Assembly: GCA_030390025.1 (NCBI GenBank) | Contig: CM059432.1 | Span: 23,190,001 to 23,254,000, forward strand | Reading direction: 5' to 3' | Source of the DNA: Squalus acanthias | Lineage: Eukaryota | Length of the DNA: 64,000 nucleotides | Part shown: one piece after another, positions 12,717-25,092 of the stretch | Layout: every line of letters starts with the position of its first letter | Numbering within the stretch: position 1 is the first letter of the stretch | Made by a program: the position numbers and the translations under genes | Notes under the pieces: model-generated | Database searches by the model: none | Seen by the model: only the letters and a program-made list of their open reading frames with translations | What the model was told of the DNA's origin: nothing

Positions 12717-13160
12717 GTAGGTTGGGCCTCTACTCATTGGAATACAGAAGAATGAGAGGCGATCTTATCGAAACATATAAGATTGTGAGAGGGCTTGATC
12801 GGGTGGATGCGGGGAGGATGTTTCCACTGATGAGTGAGACTAGAACTAGGGGGCATAATCTTAGAATAAGGGGCTGCTGTTTCAAAACTGAGATGAGGAG
12901 AAACTTCTTCACTCAGAGGGTAGTAAATCTATGGAATTTGCTGCCTCAGAGAGCTGTGGAAGCTGCGACATTAAATACATTTAAAACGGAGATAGACAGT
13001 TTCCTAGCTGATAAGGGAATTAAGGGTTATGGGGAGCGGGCAGGGAAGTGGACGTGAGTCTAGGTTCGGATCAGCCATGATCCTATTGAATGGCGGAGCA
13101 GGCCCGAAGGGTCGTATGGCCTACTCCTGCTCCTACTTCTTATGTTCTTATGTTCTTATA
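12717..13160 (+). mobile_element. CR1 LINE 3' fragment
   Basis: LGLYSLEYRRMRGDLIETYKI..RTRGH..FFTQRVVNLWN; TTCTTATG tail. Confidence 0.92.
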
Positions 13161-13343
13161 TCAGTTCCAATGCAAGACTGGCCTCTTTTGCAGGCTATTT
13201 CAAGTATAGGGTAGAATGTATGATGGGTGAAGTTCACATACAGAGGCTTACCAGGCTGGTGCCATATTGCTGTTTGAGCTACTTTTACGGAAGTGTTAAC
13301 CCATTTAAAATCAGCAGGGTAACCACCTGCATAAAAATACTAT

Positions 13344-14099
13344 GGCCCAGATAGTCCGATCGCAGGCCTCCCGCGGGCGGAGGACTGCGATCTGGAAAAA
13401 TCTGCGCCCTTACCTGAGGGCTCCCGGGAGGCGCACAGTTCCGCTCCTGGGCCTCTCCAAACTGCCGGTGCGCAGGGCCCACGTATCCCAGAGGTGCAGG
13501 TAGTTCGCAGCGTCTCTGGGATCACGTGGGCCATGGGGAGCCAATCAGAGAAGGGAATCTCCCTTCATACATTTAACAGGAAGGCCTGTCAAATATATGA
13601 ATGGAGAGCACCCCCAAAACATAGTAAAACTTCAATTAATTTTTTTTTAAATCGCATTTTTAAAATGACTTGAAATTACATAAATTAACTATTTTAAACA
13701 AAAATGTAAATTTTTGAAAAAAATAATTAAAGTTTTTAACGGGGCTAAAAATAAACTTACCTTTCTTTAAAGTATTTTTAAATGATAAACCAGTGGAAAA
13801 TTATTTTTTTAAACTTTTTTCAACTCTTATCCTGGTAAAAGCAGGCCTTACACCTGCTTTTACCAGGCACAAGAATTGTAAGTGTTTTCTGCGGGCGGAG
13901 GGTCACCAAAAAGCAGAACTGTCCGCCCCCAGAGGCCCTGCTCCAGGGCAACCGGAGGATCTGTCAAGAGCTTTCTTGACAGATCGGAAATGCCGGTTTC
14001 CAGCGCATGCGCAGTGCATGCCTAAAACCGGCATTTCCGATGTCCCTACGGGTGGGTACACAGCGCGTGCCCACCCGTAGGGTTCGGAATATCCGGCCC
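13344..14099 (-). mobile_element. MITE family A, copy 2 (inverted relative to 6487..7195)
   Basis: Reverse-complement similarity along the full length; ends TCGGAATATCCGGCCC. Confidence 0.8.
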
Positions 14100-14814
14100 A
14101 ATATGTAATATGAGCACACTGTAATGTGCTGTGTCTATGTGCTGGGCTTGGGTAGGACATTGTGGGGATTCATTGGAATTCTGTCTTTAAAGGATCACCA
14201 TTGTCCTCTCAGGGAGCTTCCAGGGCAGTTCAGTTCTTGGAATAACCAGAAACAGCCTGCTCCATTGGATCATTGTATTCACCACAGGGAAAGCTTGAGT
14301 CACGGGAGGTCGAAGGAATTTAAAACTGATTAGGAAGAAGGAAAGGCCATTGGGCCAATCAAGCCTGTTCATTTTTGATGGATTGACCCCACCTACCTAA
14401 TTATACCATCTTCACTTCACAAAAGCATTGACTGGCGTGACTCAGTTCTAATGCAATAGTGCTAATTTTGTCACATATATGAAAACAATTTTTACTGATG
14501 ATGATTCCCTTTTAATGGACTTCAGTTAAAAATATTAATTCTGTGCAAATCTGTTCCTCAGTCTTTTCTTCCCTATTATTTAAAAATAGCTTTTATAAAT
14601 AAGATGTGAAACGAACCTGGGAAAGACCCGGCAGGCCGGTTCCATTCAGGAGACAGTGTCACCTCCTGAACCATCCTCCCAGCCCCGAATGATTATGTCG
14701 CTAGGGAAAAGCAGAAAAAACCTGTGGCCAATTTAGGGAAAATTCTGGGATATTCCTCTCCGACTCCCAACCAAGCAGAGCTCCAGGAGACCCTTTGATG
14801 CCTTCTGCAATGCA

Positions 14815-15200
14815 CAAGAACAACTTGAATTTATATAGCACCTTTAACGCAGTAAAAACATCCCAAGGCGCTTCATAAGAGCGTTATCAGACAAAATTTG
14901 ACATCGAGCCTTATGTAGAGATATTAGGACAGGTGACCAAAAGCTTGGTCATAGTGTTATAGGGAGAGAATGCTAGAGCTTTGGGCCTAGGCTGCTGAAG
15001 GCACAGCCATCAATGGCGGAGCGATGAGAATCGGGGCTGCGCAAGAGGCCAGAATTGGAGGAGCGCAGAGATCTCGGAGGGTTGTAGGGCGAGAGGACGT
15101 TACAGAGATAGGGAGGGGCGAGGCCACGGAGGGATTTGAACACAAGGATGAGAATTTTAAAATCGAGGAGTTGCCGGACTGGGAGCCAATGTTGGTCAGC
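14815..15200 (-). mobile_element. L2-type LINE 3' fragment
   Basis: Reverse of the GCTATATAAAT tail and CTCTGTAACGTCCTC..CTCTAGCATTC motifs; related to 61485..61800 (+). Confidence 0.6.
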
Positions 15201-15279
15201 GAGTTATTTATTTCAGTAGAATTTCTGTCAGTTTATGGGGCAGAGTTTGGCTTTATCATCAAATTATCAGCAGTAGCTA

Positions 15280-16355
15280 CATAGAAATTGCAACACAGAA
15301 ACAGGCCATTCAGCCCAACCAGTCTACGTTGGTGTCTATCCTTCACATGAGCAGTAATCCTGATCTTGTGTCCACTCTGTTCCGATATCCCATTATTTCC
15401 TTTTCCTTCAGCCACTTATACAACTTATTCTTAAAGGATTCCTGCTTCAATCACTAACTCGGTTAAAGCATTCCACAGCCTCACAATCCACTGTTAAAAT
15501 GTTTCTCCTGCTTTCTGTCTTAAATCTCTGGGGGGGATAATTTGGTTGCTTTGCACTTCCCATTAGCGCCCTAAGATGGGCACAAAGCAACTAGCGCCCA
15601 GGCGTGGCAACCGCTAACGTCTCCCGTGAAATGCAGCAGGAGGTTAGCGGTGGCGCTAACCATTAGTGCCCCGCGGTGCTGCGCCGCCAGCGATTACGTC
15701 ATCACCGTGCGCAGCGCCCAGCTCGCGCCCCAGCTGCGATCTTCGGTAGCACCCCCTGACTTACCGCTGGTCACTATGTCCAACTTGGTCAGGGGGGCCT
15801 ACCTGCGGCCGGGGCGGCGCTATTTAAAGGCGAGGTGTCGGGCGGCCATTTTTGTTGCTGGCCGCCTGCCAGTACCTGCCTCCGCTCCCGTCCCCGGACT
15901 CTTGAACAGCTCCCCCACGGAGTGCCGACTGCACTCCATGAGCCCGGCACTTCTCTTAAGTGCCGGGCTCTTTTGCCGGCACTCCCGATCCCCGGGGGCC
16001 CAGCTGGCATAGCGTCGTGATATTCCCTCGCAGCGCCCCAAGAGGGAGGCGGGGCGCTTCCAGTAGCACCCCACTTCCTCTTGGGGTGCGACCACTCAAT
16101 TTCGGTTGCGGGGGCGCTAATTTTTCCGGGGCGCTAAAAGTAGCGCCCCGACAAAGTTAGTGCCCCAAAGGGGGCGTGACTCAATTTTTCGCCCCTGATA
16201 TTTAATCATATATCTATATCCCCTGGTTATAGACCCCCCTCCAATCATTGGAAACAGTCTCTTTTTATCTACTCTGTTTCATTTCCCTTCGTAATTCTAA
16301 ACGCCTTTATCAAATCAGCCTTTAATCTCCTCTGTTCTTATGAAAACAGCCCCAA
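15280..16355 (-). mobile_element. Old CR1 3' fragment interrupted by a MITE
   Basis: CR1 tail CATAGAA at 15280; CR1 sequence resumes after 16195. Confidence 0.6.
15530..16195. mobile_element. CpG-rich Harbinger-type MITE
   Basis: Ends GGGGGGGATAATTTG / TCAATTTTTCGCCCC; many (A)GCGCC subterminal motifs in both orientations. Confidence 0.65.
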
Positions 16356-16947
16356 GACCTGAGACATGAAGAAACTATGCTGAATAATGGAAAGAAACAA
16401 GATTTTCATTGCTTCATTGAAGAGTATGGGTGATTTTAAAGTGCAGCAATTCAATCACTGCTCTGTGAGATGAATGAAGCCATCTATCCCCATTGGATGG
16501 GATTAAATAATGAGTAGAGCAAGTGACAGATACGGAGAAAGAGCAGAATGGTAGTCCAGAGCCTCCGAGTCAGAGAAAGAGGCATCAGCTATAGCTGCAA
16601 ATATAGTGATTCATGAACGTAACTTTGGTAGAAGATCACATGATGGTAACACGCTTAGAGACCATTGAGTCACACCCTGGCACAGGATTTGAAGATGTCC
16701 GAAGCAATAATGTATGATTCACCAAACTGTAGGAACACAGCGTTCCAGAGGTGTGTAATAAAGGCAAGATGTCAGGGAAGGTCATGTTAGCACTTCAGCC
16801 ACTTCCATGGAAAGCAGATATCAGCTAGCCAGCATGCCAGCCGTTAGCATGGCACACTCCCGAATAAATGAGTGTGCAGAACTGGAACATGTTCACGCAG
16901 GTTCTTACAGATGGGTCTAAATTTGTTCTCTCTCCTCTTTTTTTCAG

Positions 16948-16980
16948 GCGACTGAAGGTTTTCCTGTACCTGGGATACCG
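16948..16980 (+). CDS. COL22A1: Non-collagenous interruption exon, 33 nt, ATEGFPVPGIP
   Basis: Long pyrimidine tract + cag|...|gtaggt; 11 aa, same size and position as the COL22A1 interruption I recall. Confidence 0.85.
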
Positions 16981-17947
16981 GTAGGTATATAAGTGCTGCT
17001 TTTCTCTAATAGTACCTGTTGGAGATAATGTTCATCTTCACCACATAACATAACATAAATTATCTTATCAGGACGTAACATAGATGACTTAATCAGGTCA
17101 TAACATAAATTAACTTATCTATTGATATGTACAGAAAAGAAGAAACATTTAGTTGTCAGAAGAAGAAGTCATCATTATCTTTTCCTATGCACAAAACCAC
17201 ACAGACTGCCTTACTCTGATGTTGGAAGTTTGGATGACTAGTTGGCAACCAGATAGAGTTATCCATGAGCAAGTCAGAGCTTCCTAATCTATCTTCGATG
17301 CAGACAGTGCTACCAGTCTTACAGATTCAACTGTCTTATTGACTTTCTCCAGATTGTTTAAGCAAATCTCTGAAGAAGCTGCCTGTCACTCACAAAATGG
17401 AGTCTTTAATTCAAAATGGATTCCGAATACAGCTTCTCTAACAGTGTCTGTTGAGGATAAAGCAGCAATCGGTTGTAATACTCCTTGTGGTCAAATAGCC
17501 TGCAGACACTCACTGTATAAGTTCACACTTGAAGAATGGTGAGGTACTGCAGGGCACCCAAGATCTGTGGGGCCATAACCTCCAGTCAGAGTCAATGCCT
17601 TCACGAGAGGAGGGAGTGAGATGATTATTACCCAGAAATTCTGTGGGGGTGGGGTGGGGGGCGGAGGGCGTTCCCTGATTTCCCAAAGTAGCTTTAGTAG
17701 ATCAGTGGAAAACCCAAAGAGACGGAGCAAATAGTCATTTCTCCAGGGTTTCCACCAATCTACCGCTGAGGTTACAGCAGGAAATCAAGGAATTTCCCTG
17801 CGGAAATTCTAGCCCCATATGTATTTAAGAAAACCTCCCCAATGGTGAGAATTCCTCTTTAAGCACATGCAAATATAATCTACATAAATGTAATCTTGAG
17901 TAATGATTGACAGCCACTTCTATTCCTTTCCTTTGATTTTTTTCTAG

Positions 17948-17992
17948 GGTTTGCCTGGAGATAAAGGAGACTCAGGAGAGCCAGGAGAGCCA
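17948..17992 (+). CDS. COL22A1: Collagen exon, 45 nt, GLPGDKGDSGEPGEP
   Basis: ttctag|...|gtgagt. Confidence 0.94.
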
Positions 17993-18214
17993 GTGAGTAG
18001 TCGCCCTCTGAACTAAGGGTCTTTATTTAAAGCACCGTGTCATGGGGACATTGTTGTCACTTTGCACAGGAGGGTGAATACAAGAACCGATACAAATATA
18101 GCCTATAATAACATCGGGTGCAAGCACCACATTAGTGTCTCAATGATATGAAGACCTTCCTTACTGGCGGCTCCTTTAATAAAAAAATAAATTGCACCAA
18201 ATCTGGACAACGCC

Positions 18215-18870
18215 CCCCAATGGCTCAATGGACAAGTGCACCACCTCGCATGATACTGACCCATGCAGACCAGGAAGGTCCCAGACTCGATTCATAGTCT
18301 GTGCTGGCTTCCAAGTGGTGACACTACGATCGGCCACAGTGTCCAAGGCTTAGAAAAGAGCACCTCTAAGAAAATACTGAATGGCAGCTGAGAGTGCAAA
18401 TCATGATGTTTTTGTATCAGCCTTCCCACTCAGGGTGCCTGTATGGTTCACTGTGAAAATGAGTCGTCAACTGTGAAAGTGAGTTGTGCAGACCCCGATG
18501 GTTTGATCCCTGATCGGTGATGAGTTCGCTGATCTCAGCCAGAGTCACAAGAAAGGCATTACAATTGACCACAGCAACCCGGAGCTAGGAAGTTGGAAAA
18601 TTAACCAGAATTCTCGCTCTTGACCATTATCCAATGACCCTTGCTGGAAAGTGCGTGTTTTATGGACATTTTAGTGAGGACAGAATCAGGCTTTCAGTGA
18701 TTCCTCTTTCTCCACCACCCATCCCATGGCCACATAGTCTTGTGACAGTCACTGTTTAGGCTCACACATGAAGAGTGGCCGGATGGGCGAGGTACCAGAG
18801 GACGAGAGGCACTCATGGAATTGTACCCCAGCATATAAAGGGGAGAAAACTGGTGAGAGGTAAAGAGGAA
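18215..18870 (+). mobile_element. Unassigned SINE-like dispersed repeat
   Basis: tRNA-like head and GCTGATCTC / GACCCYTGCTGGAAA blocks that recur near 9050, 26450, 28960, 41900, 43560 and 51790. Confidence 0.5.
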
Positions 18871-20307
18871 GAGGAGGCAAGACTGCTCAGTCAAACTGTC
18901 CAATTTACTTCCACGCCCATCATTGCTTAAAAGTGAAATAATGTTAAGGTGGGGGGGGACTTTTAATTCAAGGGTCCCTCTCACTCTGTATCTATGCGCA
19001 AAGAAAATCCTCTCAAATATATTTTTAAAAAGCTGTCAAATTTGCTGCTCAAGAGAGAGATGCAGCTACCTCCCTTCTGAATCACTCTTGCTATGCCACT
19101 GTTGGACTGACGCAAGATCAGATTGCAGAACTGAACCAAACATTGTGGCGAGAAATGCATTGGGCAAGTATTGCTGGAGGATGCCACCTGGTGGCAGTAG
19201 AGACAAATAATCCAGCAGCATCAGTGCAGCATTTCTTTTGAAATATTTGACGTTTACTGGCCTCCAATATAAATAATCTGTTGATTTTTTTTTTAGTGGT
19301 GTCCTTTGTATCTATTTTATCCCCCTTTTCTGCAAAGTGTGGTGGCATTTAAATCTAATACTTGATAACCCGTTTAATCATTGGGGGATGTCTAATGATG
19401 GCTGTGTTTACTTCTGCTTGACCACACAGGGGCAGCACTGCACTATACCTCTCGTGCTGCCCAGAGATTAAAGACTCAAAGTCGATGGCCCAGAAATTCG
19501 ATTGCGCAGTGGCTGTGGACTATGCAAATCAGGGGCCCAATTCACTGGCTCAGGCCCCCTTTTCCAAATTGTATCGCGATGGCATGCTGCGGTCAGTTTT
19601 CCTGGGTGCACAGCAGCAGTGCAAACCAGTGGTCCTTAAAGGCTGCCACCAAAAAGCTAAGTACAAAATGTTATTGCCTGGTTGTGGAGCTGGGAGGCAC
19701 AGGAGTGCTCCTCCTGGCCTCACATTAAAACTGACGCTCTCGTCCCATCCATACCCAACCTCGATTGCCTGCCACCTCCCTCCCTGGACTTGCCTGCTGC
19801 CCTCGGCTGGCATCTCAGCCAAGCTCAAGCTACCTCCGGGGTCACGACTAGCGCCAATTTCCTGTGGTCCTGCCACCAGCCTCTTTAGCCGCTGCACACG
19901 AATTTGGGGGCTCATCCAATTTGTAGGCCAATATTGTAAATGGCATTGCACAGGGCTTGTTTAGCTATGCGCAGAACCATTAGTTTTAGGTACCGTGTCC
20001 CTTCTTACGATGCCATATGTGCCCGCTGTGACTACACGTGAGTTTTAGAGGCTGCAAAATGTTAACAAAGGCATTTATTTTCAGCCCTTTATGTTTTACA
20101 TGGCTGGAAACAAACACTCCTCTGGGAGATGGATTTCCTTTCATCGCTCTTTCTAGGGAAATCATTATTGCAATATTTTTCAAAGCTTTTGCTCGAAATA
20201 TCAATAAGAGCAAATCTCCCGCTGTGTTTACGATGCTGCTAAGCACAGTGATCAGAGGAAATCTACCTGCTGCATTTAAGTTGTCGTTAACAGTTAGCGG
20301 TCGAGGT

Positions 20308-20765
20308 GTCAGCCTTGGCTCAGTGGTAGCTCTATCGCCTCTGATTCAGAAGGTCGTGGGTTGAAGTCCCACTCCAGAGACTTGACTACATAATATAGGC
20401 AGACACTTCAGTGCAGTACTGAGAGAGTGTTGCACTGTTGGAGGTGCGATTTTCCGATAACACGTTAAACCGAGGCCACGTCTGCTTTCTCAGGTGGATG
20501 TAGAAGATCCCATGGCACTGTTTTGAAGAAGAGTAGGGGAATTCTCCCCGGTGTCTTGACCAATATTTATCCCTCAACCAACAGCACTAAAACAGATTAT
20601 CTGTTATCACATTGCTGTTTGTGGGAGCTTGCTGTGCACAATGCCGTGTTTCCAACATTACAAAAGTGACTACACTTCAAAAATACTTAATGGGCTGTAA
20701 AGCATTTTGGGACATCTTGGAGTTGTGAAAACCGCTATATATAAATGCAAGTCTTTTTTTCTTTC
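20308..20765 (+). mobile_element. tRNA-derived Deu-domain SINE (SacSINE1-like) with L2-type tail
   Basis: A box TGGCTCAGTGG, B-box-like GGTTGAAGTCC, AAGATCCCATGGCACT core, ATAAATGCAAGTC tail. Confidence 0.75.
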
Positions 20766-21186
20766 AGAGGAATCTTCCCGCTGCGTTTATCACTAACATA
20801 CAGTGACCAGAGAAAAAATTCCCGCTGCGTTTATAACATCACTAACACACTGGAAGCTAACTTTAACCTTCAGCGATGGTGTAAAACGGGCAATATCGGA
20901 TCAGCTGCCCATTATACACCCCGCCTGATTTTGCTTTGCATTAACTTCAACTGTCCGTTTGGTGTCAGCTGAACTCTTGTCAATAGAAAGTAATCCTGTG
21001 AAACACTTTTCATTAAGTCCAGTGCCTCCCCAATAACCAACTAGTGATTCTCATAAGGTCTTTGGTTAAAAGCGTTAGGATGGGTGCTTTACATAATATC
21101 CCTTAAAGTTATGTTGTGAACTAAAGACTCTGTTGCATTTGGCACTGCCATGGTTCAAATCACCAGAAAACGAGATTGGTGCTATC

Positions 21187-21404
21187 TGACGTAAGAAAAC
21201 TACTAGGCACTTAGTCTAAGCATTAAACAAAGCTTTAATCAACTGTTTTACAACATGGAGGTCTAGTTGTGTCCTTCATAGTTCCTGTTAAGAATGTCCT
21301 GTGCAAGCTGGGCCCGTGCCCGAGTATTTATACTCTCCCTGGACAGCGCCACCCGCAGGCCACTCAGTATTATTTCATAAGTCATGAATGACAGATTCAT
21401 GTCA
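21187..21404 (-). mobile_element. Solo LTR family B, copy 1
   Basis: TGAC...GTCA ends, 5-bp flanks CTATC/CTTTC, reverse complement of 60312..60538. Confidence 0.75.
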
Positions 21405-21456
21405 CTTTCGTTTTGCTGGTGACAGAGAAGGTCCATCTTGTTGGCAGATGCTGGTA

Positions 21457-21753
21457 CAGGTTGAGCATCCAAAATCCGGAGATCCGGAATGTTCCGGAAT
21501 CCGGACTCCGGGACGATTGGTGGCAGGGTCGTCTGGAATCCATAAAATGTTTCGGAATCTGGACACCGCAACCTGGGCCCAGGCATTTTCGGACTCGTTA
21601 CGTGTTTCTGATGTCCGAAGTCCGGAAACGCCCGAGCCCAGGTTGCGATATTTCCGGACTTCGGACATCAGAAACACGTTCCGAAGTCCGGAAAAACACG
21701 AAAATCGGCTCGGCCTTGGTCCTGAGATTGCCGGATTCAAGACGCTCAACCTG
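21457..21753. mobile_element. Tc1/mariner (Tigger/pogo-like) MITE
   Basis: TA|CAGGTTGAGCATC...GACGCTCAACCTG|TA; TA target duplication; TCCGGA repeats and internal palindrome. Confidence 0.85.
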
Positions 21754-22625
21754 TACAACAAGCCCGACAGCTTGAAAATGTTCTACCAAGGTGATTTCTG
21801 CTGCATAAAATCAGTGCAGAGAAATCAAAATGGAAAAAAACATGGATGTGTGAACATCGGGTGAATACAGGATCAGTCTCGGCTCTGATACAAGCCCTTG
21901 CTCAAAAAGGGTGCCAACATTCATGAAAGAAAGATGGAGCCTACATTCATGTGGCGCCCATCACATCTTCAGCACATCCCAAGAATACTCACTTGGCCAA
22001 GGTACCAGCTGGCAGCCAGTTCCTGTGGAACTATACCCCAGCATGAGTCTGCAGCATCAGAAGAGAAGGATTCAAGGGAAAATATTGGAAGGAAAATGGG
22101 GAACCATAAAAGTAAATAAAGAGCCCTTAAATTGAGAGTCCCTCATTAAAATGTTGTCTGGGGGACAAGGGTTTAACAGAATACCTTGGCACTCCAAAAG
22201 GTAGAACTGTTCAGGACTGGGTTAAAACATTAGCCTTTCACCACTGTGTCGAAAACCCAGCCCAGAATAGTGTATTGAAAGTCTCATCTGCAAGGTCACT
22301 CACTGGCCTGTGCTTTAAACAGCTCCTTCATTCTCAAGAACTGGTGGTTGACTTTTGAAGTTTTGACTGGTCTCTTCAAGAATACATATGATTCCACTGA
22401 ATGTTGTTTAACACAAATGTGTGCTCTTGTTTTATTTTATTGAGAAATTTAGGTGAAGGGCGAAGGCCCATAGAGCACGGTACAAGGTCGAAAACAGTTG
22501 GAGGGTAGACATGTGAATCGAGCACTGCAGATATTTGAGTCTATTGTCCAGTGAAATAGTAGCTCTGTTTTAATCAACCACTGTGCTCTTCCATCTCTGT
22601 AACAAGTGAAATTGTGTTGTTTTAG

Positions 22626-22679
22626 GGTTCCCACGGAATACCAGGTGAAAGTGGACAACAGGGACCTATAGGCTCAAAG
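22626..22679 (+). CDS. COL22A1: Collagen exon, 54 nt, GSHGIPGESGQQGPIGSK
   Basis: tttag|...|gtaata. Confidence 0.94.
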
Positions 22680-24255
22680 GTAATATTAATTTGCCTCAAG
22701 GGATGTGTGATATAGATACTACTCAATGACTAAGTGTGGAACACTCAAAAAACAAGTGCGCATGCTGGAAATAAACTGAAAAAGCTGGCAATGCACAATT
22801 GGTCAGTCAGCATCTGAAAAAGAGAGAAGGCTTCATGTTTCAGATGTGACCCTTCATCAGAACGTCAATAGTTGTGCCATGCAGCAGGTTAATACTTATA
22901 CACACTAATCTCAGCAATAACAAGCGGAGGCCAGGTGCCTACCTATAGGGTGAAAGGGGAAATTCAGAGTTGAGAGTTGTGTTAGCCAGTAGGCAGTACA
23001 GATAGAGGACTGAAGGCAGGTCACCCAAACAATGTGAAGGACAGGTATGGGATTTTCAAGGGTCCTTTATCTTGCCCCCTTTCTTCAAAGGTGGGCGATC
23101 TATGTGACTGTGCCTGTTTATAACCAACAATGTAACTCTACCCTCCAAGACATGGCCAGAAAAACTTCTGTAATAAACTTTGTTAATGTTGCAATCATAC
23201 TCAGGGGACCAGATCTTAGGGCAGTGGACTAAATAGTATGGAGAGTGTATCACAGCTAAGGTCAGTAAATAGGCACATGAGGGCTTTGTGAGTATAACCC
23301 CAATGCCGGCTTAGGCCTATTTGACATTGGTATTGTTAGGCATCAGTACAGTGTGATGCATCAAACTAGCTCCTATTTTGTGGTAGTACCTATCCATTGT
23401 ACTGGTTCAGATTCATGATAGGAAGGCCAGTGGTGCTCATAGTACAACCAGGAAGAAGAAAGAGGCTTTTTCTGCCCTCCTGCTTTTCACATTTAGGTCA
23501 ATGGAACTGTTACCTCACGTGCCCCTGGGCCTCCATTCACAGCTGTAGGATATCGAGAGAGCTGGAACCACTCTTGATTTCCAGTGAGAGAAAGGACGAA
23601 ATGCAATTATGAAGTGAGGTTGGCACTAAGCAAGTGCCAACATTTAGACCGCAGGGCCTATAGGTTCAATGGACTCCCCACCGACCCCTGCCGGCAACTG
23701 AAACCAAGGGCTCACCATGTCCCATGTTGGAGCCCTCCTGAGAGTAGCTGCTTGAGGAAGACACTCTTTGGGATTATAACTCTCGCTGAAAAGTTAAGAA
23801 AAATGTAAGTGCAAGTTGGCACTCTTTAACTACTTTTGGAGGCTTGTGCTTGTTTATCATTGTCTATCTTTATTACTTGCATTGTTGAGAAAATTCTGAA
23901 TTGAAAAGTTGGAGAAAAAAAAGCAGAGAATCTCATACCTCACCAAAGAATGTACCTGGCCGCAATATAAAATATTATACTATTTTAGACCATTTTGCTG
24001 ACCGATCAGAAAGCTATAAAATGTGCCAACAGCAAATCAGCACATATAATTGTTTTGAGGCTCCAATTGTAAGTTGCCCTGTCGAGATTTAGTTTACCAA
24101 AAGGTGCCCATGGCATATCCACTATTGTTTCAAATAGGAGTTCCTTACTGCACCTTTTTAGGATTAATGATGTTTTATACTTGAGCATAAGTCATTTTAA
24201 AATGAATGGAAATCTGTCAGACCTTTAGCTTATGTGGCCTTTCTTGAATTCCCAG

Positions 24256-24309
24256 GGTCGACAGGGTGATCAAGGGCTACCTGGGATTTCTGGGGCAAAA
24301 GGTGAAATG
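24256..24309 (+). CDS. COL22A1: Collagen exon, 54 nt, GRQGDQGLPGISGAKGEM
   Basis: cccag|...|gtaagt. Confidence 0.95.
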
Positions 24310-24359
24310 GTAAGTGGTTTATTTAAATACTATTAACTTGGCTAATAAGATTATAATGT

Positions 24360-24508
24360 TGAAGCAAAAAAACTGCAGATGCTGGTAATTGGAAATAAAA
24401 ACAGAAACTGCTGGAAATACTCAACAGGTCAGGCAGCATCTGTAGAGAGAGAAACAGAGTTAACGTTTCAGGTTGATGACCTTTCGTCAGAATGTTCTGA
24501 CAAAAAGT
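24360..24508 (-). mobile_element. Penelope-like terminal fragment
   Basis: Minus strand CTGACGAAAGGTCATCAACCTGAAACGTTAAC followed by CAGATGCTGCCTGACCTG; related pieces at 22750-22865 and 60995-61150. Confidence 0.65.
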
Positions 24509-24559
24509 TTATAATGTTTATTGTTTGGTCTATATCATTTCCAAATGGTTAAGAACTAG

Positions 24560-25092
24560 TGCAACTTTTGTCTGAATGGTCAATTGAAAGAGCTATTCAA
24601 TTAGTTCCACTCCTCTGCTCTTTCCCCATAACTGTGCAAATTTTTCCTTTTCAAGTATATATCCAATTCCCTTTTGAATCTGCTTGCACCCCCCTTTCAG
24701 GCAGTGAATTCCAAATCATAAGAAATGGCTGAGTAAAAATATTTTTCCCCATCTCCCTTTGGTTCTTTTTTCCAATGATCTTAAATCTGTGTCCTCTGGT
24801 TACCGACCCTCCTGCCAGTGGAAACTTTGTCCTTATCTGCTCTATTAAAACTCTTCATAATTTTGAACACCTCTATTAAATCTCCCCTTAATCTTCTCTG
24901 CTGTAAGGAGACAATCCCAGTTTCTCTAGTCCCTCCACATAACTGAAGACTTTCATCTCTAGGTAAATCTCCTCTGCACCCTCTCCAAGGCCTTAACATT
25001 CTTTCTAAAGTCTGGTACACAGAACTGGCCATAATAATCCACCTGAGGCCTAACCAGTGATTTATAAAGGTTTAGCATAACTTCCTTGCTTT
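24560..25092 (-). mobile_element. CR1 LINE 3' fragment
   Basis: NLYKSLVRPQ..ALERVQRRFT and RRLRGDLIEVFKIM in broken frames. Confidence 0.85.

Noticed and set aside
15530..16195. CpG island or internal promoter
   Set aside because: Bounded by inverted ends and inserted in a CR1 fragment, so a young MITE.
21263..21864. Overlapping ORFs on both strands
   Set aside because: Caused by the palindromic Tigger-like MITE and adjacent LTR.
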